Positions 44,225-47,445 of a stretch of 47,445 bases of DNA are shown here, one piece after another. The first letter of the stretch is position 1. Each line of letters opens with the position of its first letter. The stretch spans positions 1 to 47,445 of the forward strand of contig CATOCA020000029.1 in assembly GCA_951406725.2 (NCBI GenBank), written 5' to 3'. The position numbers were made by a program, and so were the translations under genes. The DNA is from Octopus vulgaris. Taxonomy: Eukaryota. The notes below the pieces were generated by a model. It worked only from the letters and a program-made list of their open reading frames with translations. It had not been told where the DNA came from and did not search any database.

Positions 44225-44240
44225 CTGCGAGCCTGAGATG
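41352..44240 (-). mobile_element. LINE family A, copy A7 (longest; 3' end lost in the gap)
   Basis: Uninterrupted EN+RT frame; the 5' end abuts (TA)n. Confidence 0.96.
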
Positions 44241-45479
<1,239 letters not shown>

Positions 45480-46177
45480 TCGGATCCGACAGGGAGAGTC
45501 GTGTATCGCCTTTGCTCTGTTTAAAAGGCAGAAAGTGTGCATAAATCGGTGAAATAATCTACTGAAAGTCACAAATTCAACTCATAAAGTCCACTACAAT
45601 ACTTCGGCTACAAATATATTAATGAAAAACGTAATATATTTTGCCTGAAGCCAAATACAGTAATAACTTTTCTTTTCACCGAAAACGCACATGGTGGAAA
45701 AAATCCACTGTAGAAGGAAAAAGAAACATCTCCTGGAAAATAACCACGAAAAAAAACCCACGAAAAATCCAGACCACATCGTTGGATTAAGTATCACTTT
45801 CATCTTCTATTTCATACTTTGTTTATTATCCTATTTTATATAACTTAAGCCCACATCTCCGTTAAAGTTTACGATCGCCATTTTTTTGTTTGTTTACATT
45901 TCAATAACTGTCTCGAAGGTAGAAATTGGCTTCAAAATTAAATAACCCTTTCTTCACACTTTAAAATATATATATATTTTAATATATTTTCACTCATTTT
46001 CTTTCTTTCTTTTTTTTTTCCACCTTCCTTCTCTCCCCGTCTGTGTATATGTGTATGTGTGTGCACGTGTATGTATGTGTGTGTGCGTGTATGTATATAT
46101 GTATGCGTATATATGCATGGACGTGAACTTTCACGAACTTTATATAGATAACTAATCTTTCCCCTCTTTCTTACCTC

Positions 46178-46852
46178 TTTCAGATACTCCATCTTCTAAT
46201 TAGCCTTAAGATTAAATAACGTTTAATGCTGTTTATTGTTAATAATTTTTCAGATACTCTATCTTCTAATTAGCCTTAAGAATAAACAACGTTTATTACC
46301 CACACTTTAACATCTAATTTTTTACCCACACTCTAATATCTTTCTAATTAGCCTTTTTACCCACATTTTAAATATTTGTTAATATATTTTCAGATACTCT
46401 ATCCTCTAATTAGCCTTAAGATTAAATAACGTTTTTACCCACACTTTAACTTTTTCACCCACACTTTAATATATTTTTGAATACTCTACCTTCTAATTAG
46501 CCTCAAGATTAAATAACGATTATTACCCACACTTTAATATAATTGTAATATTGTTAACATATTTTCAGATACTCTATCCTCTAATTAGCCTTAAGATTAA
46601 ATAACGTTTTTACCCACACTTTAACTCTTTCACCCACACTTTAATATATTTTTGAATACTCTACCTTCTAATTAGCCCCAAGATTAAATAACGATTATTA
46701 CCCACACTTTAATATAATTGTAATATTGTTAACATATTTTCAGATACTCTATCTCCTAATTAGCCTAAGATTAAATAATGGTTTTACCCACAAACTTTAA
46801 TATTGTTAATATTAATAATACTCTATCCCATAATTAGCCTTAAGATTAAATA
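46178..46852. repeat. Minisatellite: nine ~60-88-bp units with a 175-bp higher-order period
   Basis: Core ATACTCTATC(T/C)TCTAATTAGCCTTAAGATTAAATAACG...TTACCCACACTTTAA. CAGATACTCT occurs at 46391, 46566 and 46741. Confidence 0.92.
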
Positions 46853-46911
46853 TCTTCTTGTCTTCTCTCGAACATAGTTAAATAGATAAACAAATAGACA
46901 GATCATCCAGC

Positions 46912-47445
46912 ATGTCCAGAGCATGGATTCCTGACGAGCTGGATTTATTCGTACAAGCATGGGGGTGCGCCGGCGGAGATAGCCCTAGCGAGGTGATTGC
47001 GGCTGCGCTGAAGAGCAGAGGCTACAAGAGGACAGCGGCTCAGATGGAGCGAAAGAGACGGGAATTCGTGCGCTCATATGCGCTTGTACGGTCGCACATT
47101 GGCGCACTTGATGCCATCTTTGAGAACGAGCGGGGCAAAGATGACAAGAATGGAGACGATGAAAGAAGTCACCCCCACCTGGTGGATGCCCGGGAGGAGG
47201 TTTTGAATGAGAAACCTGCCCGGGAAGTGAACCCAGGTGCAAGTTCTCCAACCGGCAGCAAAGGCCATGGAGACGGAGAACCCGGTGAAGAGGTAGAGGG
47301 AGGAGGAAGAACTAAAAGAAGGGCTGGTAGAGCTAAAGGAAAAGCTCAAGCAGGACCAAAGGGTGAAAAAACCAGGAATAGAAGTGGAACCGCAAAAGAT
47401 GGAAACGGACAGCGCACACGGGTGTGTAGGTTCTACCTGAGAGGT
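46912..47445 (+). CDS. Myb/SANT(trihelix)-like domain protein with the start of a probable CCCH zinc finger; open at the window end; candidate LINE ORF1
   Basis: My translation: MSRAWIPDELDLFVQAWGCAGGDSPSEVIAAALKSRGYKRTAAQMERKRREFVRSYALVRSHIGALDAIF...G/K/E-rich linker...RVCRFYLRG. No stop in 178 codons; absent from the ORF track. Confidence 0.75.
   Translation, partial: MSRAWIPDELDLFVQAWGCAGGDSPSEVIAAALKSRGYKRTAAQMERKRREFVRSYALVRSHIGALDAIFENERGKDDKNGDDERSHPHLVDAREEVLNEKPAREVNPGASSPTGSKGHGDGEPGEEVEGGGRTKRRAGRAKGKAQAGPKGEKTRNRSGTAKDGNGQRTRVCRFYLRG

Noticed and set aside
46178-46852. Repeat-spacer-like pattern upstream of an ORF
   Set aside because: The intervening segments are themselves repeated with a 175-bp period, so this is an ordinary minisatellite.

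Overview
Eukaryotic repeat-dense DNA, not prokaryotic. The repeat types resemble those of octopus/cephalopod genomes, but that assignment is recognition only. No conventional host gene is identifiable. About a third of the window (~16 kb by my tally) is long (TA)n microsatellite, which explains all the IY-repeat 'ORFs'. The islands between the tracts are almost all mobile elements. (i) At least 12 pieces of CR1-group APE/RT LINEs from five related families; seven are near-identical young copies of family A. Nearly all begin and end in (TA)n, and four families share a 3' stem-loop but have different tandem tails. (ii) A Penelope-like element (C-terminal GIY-YIG, CxCx5C linker) in a 1.9-kb inverted arrangement, with a hammerhead ribozyme whose stem II is unusually long. 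(iii) A 362-bp tandem retrozyme-like repeat with U3-A8 variant hammerheads. (iv) Three RTE-clade 3' ends with nested tandem arrays. (v) A non-autonomous Helitron and a tRNA-SINE head fused to a LINE. Both window ends carry paralogous ORFs, missed or split by the ORF track, that encode a Myb/SANT-trihelix-like domain; the right one continues into a probable CCCH finger. These are candidate ORF1s of the TA-dwelling LINEs. Three 100-N gaps split the window into four contigs, so adjacency across gaps is unproven.
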